From assembly GCA_963805855.1 (NCBI GenBank), contig CAWDVW010000002.1:256001-320000 (forward strand): a DNA stretch of 64,000 nucleotides, written 5' to 3'. The notes under the pieces were generated by a model. It was given only the letters and a program-made list of their open reading frames with translations. It did no database searches and was not told the origin of the DNA. Source of the DNA: Candidatus Dadabacteria bacterium (lineage in GTDB: Bacteria > Desulfobacterota_D > UBA1144 > Nemesobacterales > CSP1-2). Position numbers and translations under genes: made by a program. Below, in pieces: positions 1-9,275 of this stretch; position 1 is the stretch's first letter; every line of letters starts with the position of its first letter.

Positions 1-170
1 ATTGCCAGCAACGCCGCCGTACTTTTGCTTTTGTTTGTCCGAACAACGATTGGGGTTTGAGATGTAGGTTTTGGAGAGGTGGTTTTGTTTTGGTCGAGCC
101 ACTCTCCACAGAATCTACACTTTTTAGCATCATCTTGAATCTCTTCAGCACAATAAGGGCATTTTCTCAC
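1..170 (-). CDS. Zinc-ribbon + probable TM2-domain membrane protein (runs off window start)
   Basis: Not in ORF track. Minus-strand GTG at 170 after GGAGG reads [26 protein letters not shown]...[10 protein letters not shown] (two CxxC, TM2-like K-x-x-AALLA start). Confidence 0.8.
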   Translation of the reverse strand, partial: MRKCPYCAEEIQDDAKKCRFCGEWLDQNKTTSPKPTSQTPIVVRTNKSKSTAALLA

Positions 171-482
171 TTAAGTTACCTCCCTCAATACCTTCTACCA
201 ATCGCTCTAGTATATCAAAATTGGGATTATATTTTAATAGTATTTTAATCTAGTTCATTTAGCACACTATCTACACAAATTTTGATTGTGAACTTTGTGC
301 AGCAAGTGTATCTATCAAGCGAAACGAAAAGGTTCAAAACTTTTGTATACTTGTATCCCATATTAAATTCATTTGAAAACTCCGATATAATCTTGTTAAC
401 TTCATATTGAATTGCTTATTTTGTATAATTCTTATTAAACTTTAATTCAGAAGAACTTATTATTTAAAGAAGCGAGGGCGTC

Positions 483-1487
483 ATGGTGACTTTGAATAAA
501 GTTTTTCGGTCTATTGGGAAGGCTAAACGTGCTTCGGAAAGAGCCTCAAGGAAAAGGCAACGTGAACTTGAACAGCAACATAAGCAAATGGCTCGCATGG
601 AAGAGTTGGAACGAGCAGCCTATGAGGTGGAATTGTACGAGAATTATATAGATAGATTAATTTCAGTTCACAAAGAAGCAGGAGAATCAGTCAACTGGGA
701 AGCAGTTACAAACTCTAAACCGCCTGAAAAACCGATTCCGCAATCTTTAAATGAGAGCAAGGCACGAGAACTCTGGAGTAACTATAAACCAGGAATATGG
801 GATAGGATGTGGAAAAAAGAGGAGAAAAGTCGGGAAACTCTTTTCGAGAATATAGAAAAAGGAAAGCAAAGGGATGAAGAAGAGTACCAAAAATTACTTA
901 GTGAATACGACCAGAGCTATGCTGATTGGAAAGCAAGCAAAGAGTTCGCAGATAAAATAATGGCTGGTGAGAAAGATGCATACTTAGAAGCGCTAAAAGA
1001 ACTTAATCCCTTCACTGAAATCAGCGAACTTGGCTCTAGCATAGATTTTGGGATAAGTAATAATAAAGTATTAACTGCTCTTGTCCACGTTCATGGTGAA
1101 AAAGTCATACCGAAAAACATTAAGAGTTTACTTAGCAGTGGAAAAATGAGTGTTAAAGCGATGCCGAAAATCAAATATTTTGAACTTTACCAAGACCATG
1201 TTTGCAGTAGCGTTGTGCGTGTTGCTAGAGAATTGTTGGCAATTCTACCAGTAGACTCGGCTGTAATTCATGCCGAGGATAAGTTGTTAAACCCACAGAC
1301 TGGTCACCTAGAAGATAAGATTATTTTGTCAGTTGCAATCCCTAGAAGCACTCTGGAACAGATAAACTTTGATACGATTGACCCATCCGACTCAATGAGA
1401 AATTTCGTTCATCGAATGAACTTCAAGAAAAACAGCGGCTTTATGGAAGTAGAACCTATAGACCCCGCCGAGATTAACCCAGCATAA
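483..1487 (+). CDS. Conserved hypothetical protein with N-terminal coiled coil; C-terminal domain recalls DUF4236-associated proteins
   Basis: 334-aa ORF; motifs YQDHVCS..R.ARE, NPQTGH, IDPSD...F.H.M.F.K..GF; family link is from recall only. Confidence 0.6.
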   Translation: MVTLNKVFRSIGKAKRASERASRKRQRELEQQHKQMARMEELERAAYEVELYENYIDRLISVHKEAGESVNWEAVTNSKPPEKPIPQSLNESKARELWSNYKPGIWDRMWKKEEKSRETLFENIEKGKQRDEEEYQKLLSEYDQSYADWKASKEFADKIMAGEKDAYLEALKELNPFTEISELGSSIDFGISNNKVLTALVHVHGEKVIPKNIKSLLSSGKMSVKAMPKIKYFELYQDHVCSSVVRVARELLAILPVDSAVIHAEDKLLNPQTGHLEDKIILSVAIPRSTLEQINFDTIDPSDSMRNFVHRMNFKKNSGFMEVEPIDPAEINPA

Positions 1488-1520
1488 GCAATTATGACCA
1501 TTCCAGTCACTGAAACAGGC

Positions 1521-2489
1521 TTATTGAAAATCTCTTCTAGTACCATCTTCATATAAAATACTATCGACTGTAAAAGTTGCTTTCATATTTTTTTTGTCTG
1601 TAGTCCTGACCCAATTGTGCTCCCACTTAAATTGATTATAGTCAAAGCCACCATTCAAGTTTATTTTTCCATTGGGAGCGATAGGCTCATCAATTGTCCA
1701 ACCAACCCTCATTTTAGTTTCACCGAACAGGTCTTGCAAATTCAATGTACCCTTTATAGCACGTGCCGTCTTGTCAAGACCAGGAGCTGTGACTTCTAAA
1801 TCGAAAAAGATGAATTTTTGATAATCTTGCTCAGTAAATTTTTTATCTAGAATTTTCACATCAAGAATCTCATCTTGTAACTTCGACTTGCTTTTGGAAT
1901 CGGGTTGTGATGATGGAGCAGTGCCAACGCCGCTTGAGGCAACTTCTGTCTCTTCCTTTTTTATATCTTCTGGAGTAGGTAATTTTGGAAACGCCAATCC
2001 ATATTTGGCGATAAGATACCTTTGCTTCAGCATTGCTAACGTTTGCTCGTACGTAGCGACCGCCGATAGTTTCATAGCATAAATTAATCCTCCAGAATAT
2101 TGTTCAGCCTCTGATTTTGCATTTTGAAGCTCCTTGTTCACGCCATCAATCTCTTCCTGTATTTTCCCTGCAAGTTCGGGGTCGGCATTGGTTACAAAAG
2201 TTTCAGTAGTTACAGGGCTGCCAGACTCGATTGAGTTTATACGCTGTTCCAGCAACGCCTTGTTTGTTTTCAGTATTTCTATTCTGGCTTCAATAAGCAA
2301 TTTAATTAGACCTCCCTCGTACTGCTGGTCTATTTTTTCAGCATCTACTATATCCTTTTGTACGTCTTCAAGCTCACCTTTCAGTTCATTAACTTTTGCT
2401 TTTTCTTCAGGACTAAGTTCAGCGGATTTGCAAGAAACAATGATTAAAATTATCGCTATACTGAGAGATAGATACGAATTTCTAACCAT
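1521..2489 (-). CDS. Hypothetical lipoprotein with duplicated helical repeat
   Basis: ATG 2489 after GAGGA; lipobox IVS-C; two repeats containing QY[ES]GGLI. Confidence 0.7.
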   Translation of the reverse strand: MVRNSYLSLSIAIILIIVSCKSAELSPEEKAKVNELKGELEDVQKDIVDAEKIDQQYEGGLIKLLIEARIEILKTNKALLEQRINSIESGSPVTTETFVTNADPELAGKIQEEIDGVNKELQNAKSEAEQYSGGLIYAMKLSAVATYEQTLAMLKQRYLIAKYGLAFPKLPTPEDIKKEETEVASSGVGTAPSSQPDSKSKSKLQDEILDVKILDKKFTEQDYQKFIFFDLEVTAPGLDKTARAIKGTLNLQDLFGETKMRVGWTIDEPIAPNGKINLNGGFDYNQFKWEHNWVRTTDKKNMKATFTVDSILYEDGTRRDFQ

Positions 2490-2661
2490 ATTTTCATTCC
2501 TCTCGATTTCTTCAACCTGTAAGTGCATTATAGCATAAGTGTTTTAGCGTGGACACTATCTATTTAATCATTCGGTCGTGAGTTTGGGGTAGCAAGTTTA
2601 GTGTTTTGAGAGATTGGCGATTGAAAGAGCCTATATGGTAAAATTTATTAGAGGGTGAGAC

Positions 2662-2853
2662 ATGTGCGACTTCCTTAAAGAGCTTGCAGCATTCTATGGT
2701 TACATAACTGATGAGCAATCTTTAAGATGTAAAGGTTGCGGTTCCCAAGTGGAAAAATATAAAGTTACCAAAGCCAATGAATTGGTGGAATGCCCAAAGT
2801 GTGGAGAAAAGGAATGGGAAGAGACGAGTTTGTTGGAAGAAGGGGGGATATAG
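2662..2853 (+). CDS. Small zinc-ribbon protein
   Basis: CKGC...CPKC; GAGGG upstream; TGnTAAAAT extended -10 nearby. Confidence 0.6.
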   Translation: MCDFLKELAAFYGYITDEQSLRCKGCGSQVEKYKVTKANELVECPKCGEKEWEETSLLEEGGI

Positions 2854-2941
2854 TTATTGCTTAGGAATGGGAAGAATCAGATTTAGTCTCGAATTATCCC
2901 GTTTAATCTAAGATTTCAAAGCTCCTCAAATCAATATTTGA

Positions 2942-3670
2942 TTACAAAAACTTCTTCAGAAGTTTGGCAAATTCAATTGACTGTTCTATTTCTTTAGGAA
3001 GAAGTTTAGAGACATCAACGTGTGCAGAGCTATTCCTGACTTTGTCAGCTATTTTAACTCTATAATAACTTCTTTTGAGAAATGCTTTTAATGATGAGTT
3101 GTTCGTTTTCATTTTGAGTCTTTCGCATAATTGGTCTATATCGTCCCCTCTATAACTAATGTTCTCCTTTCTCAGCAATTCGATTAATTCTCTTGCGATA
3201 TAGTTTGATATAATAATTCCTGATGCTTGAAGAATTGTTTGTTTCTTCGAAAGTTTGAGGAAAAACTCTGAATCTTGAATTGGAGAGGTATTTCTCAGAA
3301 GTGAAGGATAATGAGACCGTCTAAGCTTCTTGAATACACTTAATACTTTGTTGGTTGTTTTTATCATCGCACTTGTATAACTAGCGTAAAAATCGTCTCT
3401 CTTTTGAGGCGAAGTCGTTTTCTCAATGCTTTTCCACGTTTCGCCATTCATTAACATACCGTCAATCTCGATTTCTTTGCCAAGTTTAGACAGGCTGCGG
3501 ACTTCAGGTGAATTACTCCCAGCTACCTGAGACAGCACACTCAATGACCCTTTCATTAGATTGAGATGATTGCAAATTCTTCGGAAAGTAAGCTTGCTTA
3601 TAGATAAATCACGTTCTAACATTTTTATGGTGTCTTCAATTTTCTTTAACTTATCGCTCGCTTGAGACAT
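2942..3670 (-). CDS. Hypothetical protein with C-terminal HEPN-like RxxxxH motif
   Basis: 242 aa, helical, basic; KVRNSSAH about 25 aa from the C-terminus. Confidence 0.6.
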   Translation of the reverse strand: MSQASDKLKKIEDTIKMLERDLSISKLTFRRICNHLNLMKGSLSVLSQVAGSNSPEVRSLSKLGKEIEIDGMLMNGETWKSIEKTTSPQKRDDFYASYTSAMIKTTNKVLSVFKKLRRSHYPSLLRNTSPIQDSEFFLKLSKKQTILQASGIIISNYIARELIELLRKENISYRGDDIDQLCERLKMKTNNSSLKAFLKRSYYRVKIADKVRNSSAHVDVSKLLPKEIEQSIEFAKLLKKFL

Positions 3671-3750
3671 AATCTCAATAATATACTGCTCCCCATTAAG
3701 AAGCTAGCAAGGTTAAGCTCGTAAAGTTATATAAAAGCTATTAAGGAGCG

Positions 3751-3830
3751 GGAGCAATGAAGCTAAGGAGAAGGGATTCTCAAGCAAGCACTTCTACGTA
3801 TTGAAGCCTTTCTTGACTAGTGGGGAGCAG
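3751..3830. repeat. Diverged ~80-bp direct repeat, copy 1 (copy 2 at 4337-4417)
   Basis: Shared GGAGCAATGAA...GTATTGAAGCCTT.CTTGAC...GGGG.GC.G, gap-free alignment. Confidence 0.85.
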
Positions 3831-3834
3831 GACA

Positions 3835-4179
3835 TTAAGGACTAATTTCTCTATCTACATAAGCTGTTTCCCTAAGGGCGATTGTTATAAGTGATAAAGC
3901 TATGCACGCTATTGGAATAAGTAAACCTAAGAAAGATTTTGTGAGAAATGGAACGAAATAGGAGATTAGAGAACACCCTACAATTATGAATCCAATATAT
4001 GGCTTTTCTCTGAAGTAAGCTAATGAAGCTACCTTCCGAAGCCCACCAGAGAAGGTTAGCTTACCACTGAGATATTGCCTTATAAACCTTGACCCACACT
4101 TATTGCAAGTATACGTCTCTCGCTTGTTAATATTATCCCTTTCATACTTCATCAAAGACCCGCATTTACTGCAGTTCAT
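3835..4179 (-). CDS. Zinc-ribbon protein with two C-terminal TM helices
   Basis: CSKC...CNKC followed by two hydrophobic stretches. Confidence 0.7.
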   Translation of the reverse strand: MNCSKCGSLMKYERDNINKRETYTCNKCGSRFIRQYLSGKLTFSGGLRKVASLAYFREKPYIGFIIVGCSLISYFVPFLTKSFLGLLIPIACIALSLITIALRETAYVDREISP

Positions 4180-4336
4180 TACGACACCAACCCAATACTA
4201 ATTTACAAAATGAAAAAGTCCGAGTTCGTAAGGGTGCTATTTAGCTCTACAACAACGTCCTACGTCTGCATTATATTATGGATTATAGAATACTATTTTA
4301 ATTTAACCAAGTGGCTAAGAGCGATATAGAAGAGGA

Positions 4337-4417
4337 GGAGCAATGAAACGAAAGAGATGGGAGTCTAGAACAGGCACCTATATGTATTGAAGCCTTGCTT
4401 GACAAAAGGGGGGCGGT
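4337..4417. repeat. Diverged ~80-bp direct repeat, copy 2
   Basis: Aligns with 3751-3830. Confidence 0.85.
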
Positions 4418-4421
4418 ACAA

Positions 4422-5069
4422 TTAAAACACGTAAAGTAACAAACCGCTATCATTTGCTTTGACTTTTCCTTTAAGTAAAACATTGTCCTTTGGATTTCTT
4501 TCTATTTCTGAGATTTTTTCTTCCGAGCCAAATATCGAGTATATCTCCCCATTCTTTGACCTCAATACATGTGGATGGGGTGCCAATTCATGACATGGGT
4601 ATGACGACAGTATCGGTTTCAGAGTGCTCTTTTTAATTTTGCTTGTTTTATAGTATGGAAGAAGACAGAAGATGTCACCTTCAATATCTCTGGTCTCACC
4701 TCTTGAAGACTCTTCGTCGGGCGAGGTAGTCGAGTCAATAATCCATGCTCTTTGGGTTCCTTTAATTTTTCCGTCAACTTTGAAGCTATCCTGCTCTCCC
4801 GATTTATACTTTCTTAGGTCTTCTTCTGAGGCTATTACTGTGTAAGTTTTACCGTCATTGCCCATCAAAATATATACCCCGTCACAGTCTTTGATTTGGT
4901 CAGTGACCTCTATTTTCTCCTGTTCACCGTTTTCGACGCACAGTATTTGACCCTCTGCACTCTGTTTCTCCTTTTCTTGACTAAAGCTGTCTTTACTCAA
5001 CACAGCTAGCAAAGCTAACAACAATATTAACAAGAAGGGTACTATGCGGTGTTTGCAATATTCGCACAT
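4422..5069 (-). CDS. Exported hypothetical protein with two tandem beta-rich repeats
   Basis: Signal peptide after ATG 5069; repeats AEGQILC...L...DGKTY.V and IEGDIFC...L...NGEIYSI. Confidence 0.65.
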   Translation of the reverse strand: MCEYCKHRIVPFLLILLLALLAVLSKDSFSQEKEKQSAEGQILCVENGEQEKIEVTDQIKDCDGVYILMGNDGKTYTVIASEEDLRKYKSGEQDSFKVDGKIKGTQRAWIIDSTTSPDEESSRGETRDIEGDIFCLLPYYKTSKIKKSTLKPILSSYPCHELAPHPHVLRSKNGEIYSIFGSEEKISEIERNPKDNVLLKGKVKANDSGLLLYVF

Positions 5070-5402
5070 TTCGTGGTTCGTCTCAATACGCCGTAGATGA
5101 ATTGGATATGTCCCAAATGTAAAGTCTAATTCATCCTTTGAATATCTATTGTAATTCAAAAATAGAATTTCTAGATTAATGTCTGAGTATTGACTTGTCA
5201 AACTTTAGAGCTTTTGAGATGTTTAAGGAGGTATTAAATGTTGATGTACAACCCCTCATTTAAGAACCTAGTGGAAATAAGATACAAAATCATACAGAAA
5301 TCTCATGGAGTGAGGAGAAATAACATCGATAAGTATTAAAAACGGAGCCTAGGCTAGTGTATAATACTGGTAACCAATACTTCCAGTTTTGAGAAAACAG
5401 AC

Positions 5403-5861
5403 ATGAACCGCACAGCCACAAAAATCTTTATCCTATTATTCCTATGTTCTCCACTTGCAAACGCTCAAGAATCAGCTCCGACCATGTCAATGAAACAACA
5501 TCCTGAGAGGTACATTAAAGTTACTGACTGGTCTTACTTTGTGGCGATGAGGGTAGCTATGATAAGTAATGTTACGATTGAGAACACAGCAGACATTGCT
5601 TATAAAGACATCCTAATAAAGCTCAACTATTACTCCACTTCATATGGGAGTGTTGGACAACAAGTAAGCAGTACAACTGCTGTCCTTCCCATCACAATTC
5701 CTCCACGCAGCAAGGGCACCTACCTGAAAGGCGGGATGCCGATTGGCTTGGGAGCACAGAGTTACCAAACGAAATATGTCCAAGTTCTAGGGGCTGTTCC
5801 TATAGGGGAGAGTTCAGTAGAAAGTTTAAGTGAGACCAAGAAGCCCATATTGACTCACTAA
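5403..5861 (+). CDS. Exported hypothetical protein (FxLYD-like Ig fold possible)
   Basis: Signal peptide ending ANA; VTIENT...YKDILIKLNYY pattern. Confidence 0.65.
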   Translation: MNRTATKIFILLFLCSPLANAQESAPTMSMKQHPERYIKVTDWSYFVAMRVAMISNVTIENTADIAYKDILIKLNYYSTSYGSVGQQVSSTTAVLPITIPPRSKGTYLKGGMPIGLGAQSYQTKYVQVLGAVPIGESSVESLSETKKPILTH

Positions 5862-5931
5862 AGACGAGCCTACGTTATCTTTACTTACACGCACGCCCAG
5901 ATGAAGATGCATCTAGTGACGAGTTTACAAA

Positions 5932-7302
5932 TTATTTTTTTGTCGGCACCTGTAAAATTTGCCTTGACCATCGCAAGAGAGGTTTTCGAAGTCTCTCAAA
6001 CTTAAAACCAGTGACTAATAATACAAGCCCTAGGGTCGCACATCCCACGGAGATTAAAATCTTTCCCCACCATTTAATATCGGGTATCAAGCTAAATACG
6101 CCAAAAAATACGGCTAACGCGATGGCAATAATCACTCCCAAAAAAGTGAGGCTGTTGGAGTCCCATTCGCTCCTCATAATTTCAGTAAACATTTTCAGTT
6201 CACTATCTGCTTGCTGAATGCGATTTTGAAAATTGATTTCCCTCAGCTCTCGACGCCAAGCTTCTTTGGAATACAATCTGAAGTATTCCTTTTTCCCCGT
6301 TTGAGCTGCACCAAAAGATAACCCCCAAGTTAGTAGTATTCGAAATAATCGGTCAGCTATTTCATATGCAATGGCCCGCTTGCTCTCTTCTTTTTCCCCA
6401 AATTTTAAAGTTCCTCCATATACACAACGATTATTTAATTCATTTAAACGTTTGCCTGTTTCTTTTTGCCAAAAGTAATGCATTTTTATACGCTTTTCTT
6501 CAGGTATTAAATTACGGTCACCTTCTATGTCATTTTTAAAGTTCTCAAAGAGTTCCCATAGAGCAGCAATTTCCAGTTCTTCATCGCTGGATAAAAATAT
6601 TACCTTATCCTGGTAATGAACGGGATTTAAAAGAGATTCGGCAAAAGATGATTTCAGGGAGTGGTTAACAATTAGCTGTACTATGTTTCTTGCCTTCTCA
6701 TCATCATCAGGTGTCGTTTCTAATATCTTTGCGATTTTGTCTCTGACGATAACTTCATCAAATGCCATCGAAGTCACCTGATTCTCAAAAGCATCTTTTG
6801 AACTCATCCATTCTGGAAGCTCACTTGGAAGCTTCCGTAAGATTTCCCATTTTGTTCCATAAATTGAAGCAATAAACTTCATAAGTTCATCAAGTGTATG
6901 GTCACTCATTATAGTCCATTGACCTTTCCCTCCAGCTTCTAAATCTCTTTCAATTTCCTGCTTCTGCCGTTGTCGCCAAAAATCTGTTATGGGTAGTTTT
7001 GTTTCCGTCCATTTGTATGAGCTAGAATCGTTTAGATAATCCTCTATGTTGGCTAAAATTTTCTTTAGTTCCCCTCCCCACAAGTCGGACATATTGACAT
7101 TCAGACTAGTGACAGCTTTCCATTCAGAATTTCTTTTTTCCTCAAGGAAATAAATTAAATGTTCTACCGAACCCCCCAGGGGGTCATTCTGGGGTTCTTT
7201 TCGTGACGTAATTCGGAAGGCAACTAATGACGGTTTTCTTTTTTCATATGGAAGCGATATCCTAGTCACAGTTCCATTATATAATAAATGTGACAGATAC
7301 AA
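5932..7302 (-). CDS. Hypothetical helical protein with two C-terminal TM helices (start uncertain)
   Basis: 456-aa ORF; hydrophobic segments FLGVIIAIALAVFFGVF and ILISVGCATLGLVLLV. Confidence 0.65.
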   Translation of the reverse strand: MYLSHLLYNGTVTRISLPYEKRKPSLVAFRITSRKEPQNDPLGGSVEHLIYFLEEKRNSEWKAVTSLNVNMSDLWGGELKKILANIEDYLNDSSSYKWTETKLPITDFWRQRQKQEIERDLEAGGKGQWTIMSDHTLDELMKFIASIYGTKWEILRKLPSELPEWMSSKDAFENQVTSMAFDEVIVRDKIAKILETTPDDDEKARNIVQLIVNHSLKSSFAESLLNPVHYQDKVIFLSSDEELEIAALWELFENFKNDIEGDRNLIPEEKRIKMHYFWQKETGKRLNELNNRCVYGGTLKFGEKEESKRAIAYEIADRLFRILLTWGLSFGAAQTGKKEYFRLYSKEAWRRELREINFQNRIQQADSELKMFTEIMRSEWDSNSLTFLGVIIAIALAVFFGVFSLIPDIKWWGKILISVGCATLGLVLLVTGFKFERLRKPLLRWSRQILQVPTKK

Positions 7303-7333
7303 ATGTCAGGTTGTACGGACTTCTAGTTGGGAA

Positions 7334-7690
7334 TCACTCCTCTCCCTCACCCAACCACTTGACGAGAAGGTCAGGAAACGGGGTTTCCCATATGTCAGTC
7401 TCTCGTAGCCTTTCTACAGGCACAAGCTCCTGTTCCTTAGTTAACTCTTCACATGGTCTTACCAGTTCAGCTGAATAGCCAAATGCTCGATGAGCAGTGT
7501 CAATTACTCACTTAATTGATACCTATTGAGTGCAACGCCGTTCTAACCGTCTCCTAAAACCTTCTCTCGCAAACTTTAATTCCATTTTTGCTTCATTGGC
7601 AACTGAATCCAACTGTTTAGTCTCTTCCTCAGTTAGGTCATACCTATTCTTAATCGTTCGCACCCAATAGTCTGTTTCTTCTTCATTGAA
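7334..7690 (-). pseudogene. 5'-truncated gene remnant with two in-frame stops
   Basis: One frame reads FNEEETDYWVRTIK...RCTQ*VSIK*VIDTAHRAFG...WLGEGEE*; begins beside the hairpin at 7696. Confidence 0.5.
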
Positions 7691-7721
7691 TAATCAAAGG
7701 GGACGAAACCCTTAAGACCAG

Positions 7722-7778
7722 GATGCATGATGGAAGATGCATGATCCACAGATGCAGGATGCAAGATACAGGATGACT
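7722..7778 (+). repeat. Tandem heptamer tract (GATRCAN)n
   Basis: gatgcat gatggaa gatgcat gatccac a gatgcag gatgcaa gatacag. Confidence 0.85.
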
Positions 7779-7814
7779 TATCAGGTAGAAGAGCTATTTC
7801 TTTCGAAATAACTT

Positions 7815-8045
7815 TTAGACAGCTTCTTCCAGCCGTGGCTCGTTTTGAATAATGATTCTTGGATTAGGATTCCTCGGTGGGACAGGAAGCCCTTGCTCTT
7901 TTAAAAGGTTTACGTGTTCCTTAATTCCCCATCTCGCTTTATAGAGACAATCCTCTATAGAGTGCCCAATACCAGTAAAGCCCTCTAGCTCAGGAGAATA
8001 AAATCCGAAATAGTCAGGTTCTTCCGTCGCCTCAATTATTAAAAA
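7815..8045 (-). pseudogene. hicB: HicB-family antitoxin lacking its start codon
   Basis: Not in ORF track. LIIEATEEPDYFGFYSPELEGFTGIGHSIEDCLYKARWGIKEHVNLLKEQGLPVP; in-frame TAA upstream and no start. Confidence 0.8.
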
Positions 8046-8285
8046 TTAAAGGGTCCGCAACCCTTTAATTCGAGGGGAAGATCGCCACGGGGCTTCGCCC
8101 TTCGGGATGACAAGTAAAATTGATTCCAGATCAAAGATTTCGGGAACGCAAGATTTTTAGATTGCTTCGCTACGGCTCGCAATGGCTGAAAATTAGATTC
8201 CTCATCTTCATTCGGAATGACACTTCGTACGATGGATAACAAAGGAGCTGGATCCACGATAATTACATTCGGTGATGATAGAACC
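8044..8285. repeat. Cluster of REP-like palindromes
   Basis: aattaaagggtccgcaaccctttaatt; agattgcttcgct...cgcaatg; gattcc...ttcggaatgac; ctggatccacgata...cggtgatga. Confidence 0.7.
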
Positions 8286-8391
8286 AATGTTTCGAGTCTT
8301 CACATTTGAAAAAAGGTGATGAAAAAGCGGTATGGATTTTGGGAAAAAATCTATGAAAGAAATCTTTCTGCTAAGCTAGTATTCTATTGGT

Positions 8392-8799
8392 ATGAAGAAA
8401 CTATGTACGCAGTGCTTATACATCGGTTACGAAGAGTTTACTATCTATGGAAATTTCAAAACTGAGTTAGTAATATGGAGTTGTGCTTTTTTCTTTGCTC
8501 TTTCAGGTGTTATAGAAACTTTCCTTTGGGTTCCAGCATCTATTCTATTCCTTGCCGCCCTACTCTACACACTCACACGCTACAAATTAAAATACTGTGT
8601 ATGTCCTAAGTGCAAAAATGACTCTATGATCCCGGTTGATTCTCCAAAAGCCATACAAATTATGGGAGATTACCAGCTGGCTGAATATGAGATAAAGGTT
8701 CCGCCGAAGCGTACCATTCTTGGCATTCCCTTCAGAAACCTAATCCTTATACTAACAACTATCCTGATTACCATTATGCTCTACAAACACTTCAACTAA
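8392..8799 (+). CDS. Membrane protein with split CxxC...CxxC pair (LITAF-like arrangement)
   Basis: CTQC, two TM helices, CPKC, C-terminal TM. Confidence 0.7.
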   Translation: MKKLCTQCLYIGYEEFTIYGNFKTELVIWSCAFFFALSGVIETFLWVPASILFLAALLYTLTRYKLKYCVCPKCKNDSMIPVDSPKAIQIMGDYQLAEYEIKVPPKRTILGIPFRNLILILTTILITIMLYKHFN

Positions 8800-8969
8800 G
8801 AAAAATGATAATTCTAGATGTTTCCCAATTCTCAAGATGTTTTTCCGCTCCTACCGAAAAAGAAAATCAGAAGGTCGCGTCTCAGAATTAAACAAATCAG
8901 TTAAGTGAATGATGAGAAAAGTTGATTGTTGGGATACGACCCCGCAATTACAGAATACAGAATGATACG

Positions 8970-9265
8970 ACCAGTTCGACTGAACAACTTGATCCGACCG
9001 CAAGCCATGTCATCCTGAATGCTGAATCGATCCTGACCTATCGTCAGGACATGGTTCAACACAGGCCGCAATTTTTGGAAGGCCAGTCAAAACCCTTTTT
9101 ATGATGACAGGGTCTGAGATTGCTTCGCACCCTTCGATAGTTCGACAAGCTCACTACTCAGGGTGAACGGGTTATGAGGAAAAGAATGGGGAAAGCAAAA
9201 GTTTTTATTCGTGGATTCCCGATAACAATCCTCGGGAATGACGCAGGGGCTTCGGATTCCCGGGT
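8970..9265. repeat. Cluster of REP-like palindromes
   Basis: gtcatcctga...tcaggac; gagattgcttcgc; ttcgacaagctca...gtgaacgg; ggattcccgataacaatcctcgggaatgac. Confidence 0.75.
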
Positions 9266-9275
9266 TATAAAGTTT

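Noticed and set aside
57..248. 63-aa plus-strand ORF
   Set aside because: Antisense to the Zn-ribbon/TM2 gene at 1-170.
7560..7690. Four-helix-bundle (Avd-like) gene suggested by ETDYW next to heptamers
   Set aside because: Only a five-residue resemblance; the rest does not fit and no reverse transcriptase is present.
8039..8287. 82-aa ORF (likewise 8922-9104 and 46959-47195)
   Set aside because: Read-through of REP-like palindromes with no protein features.
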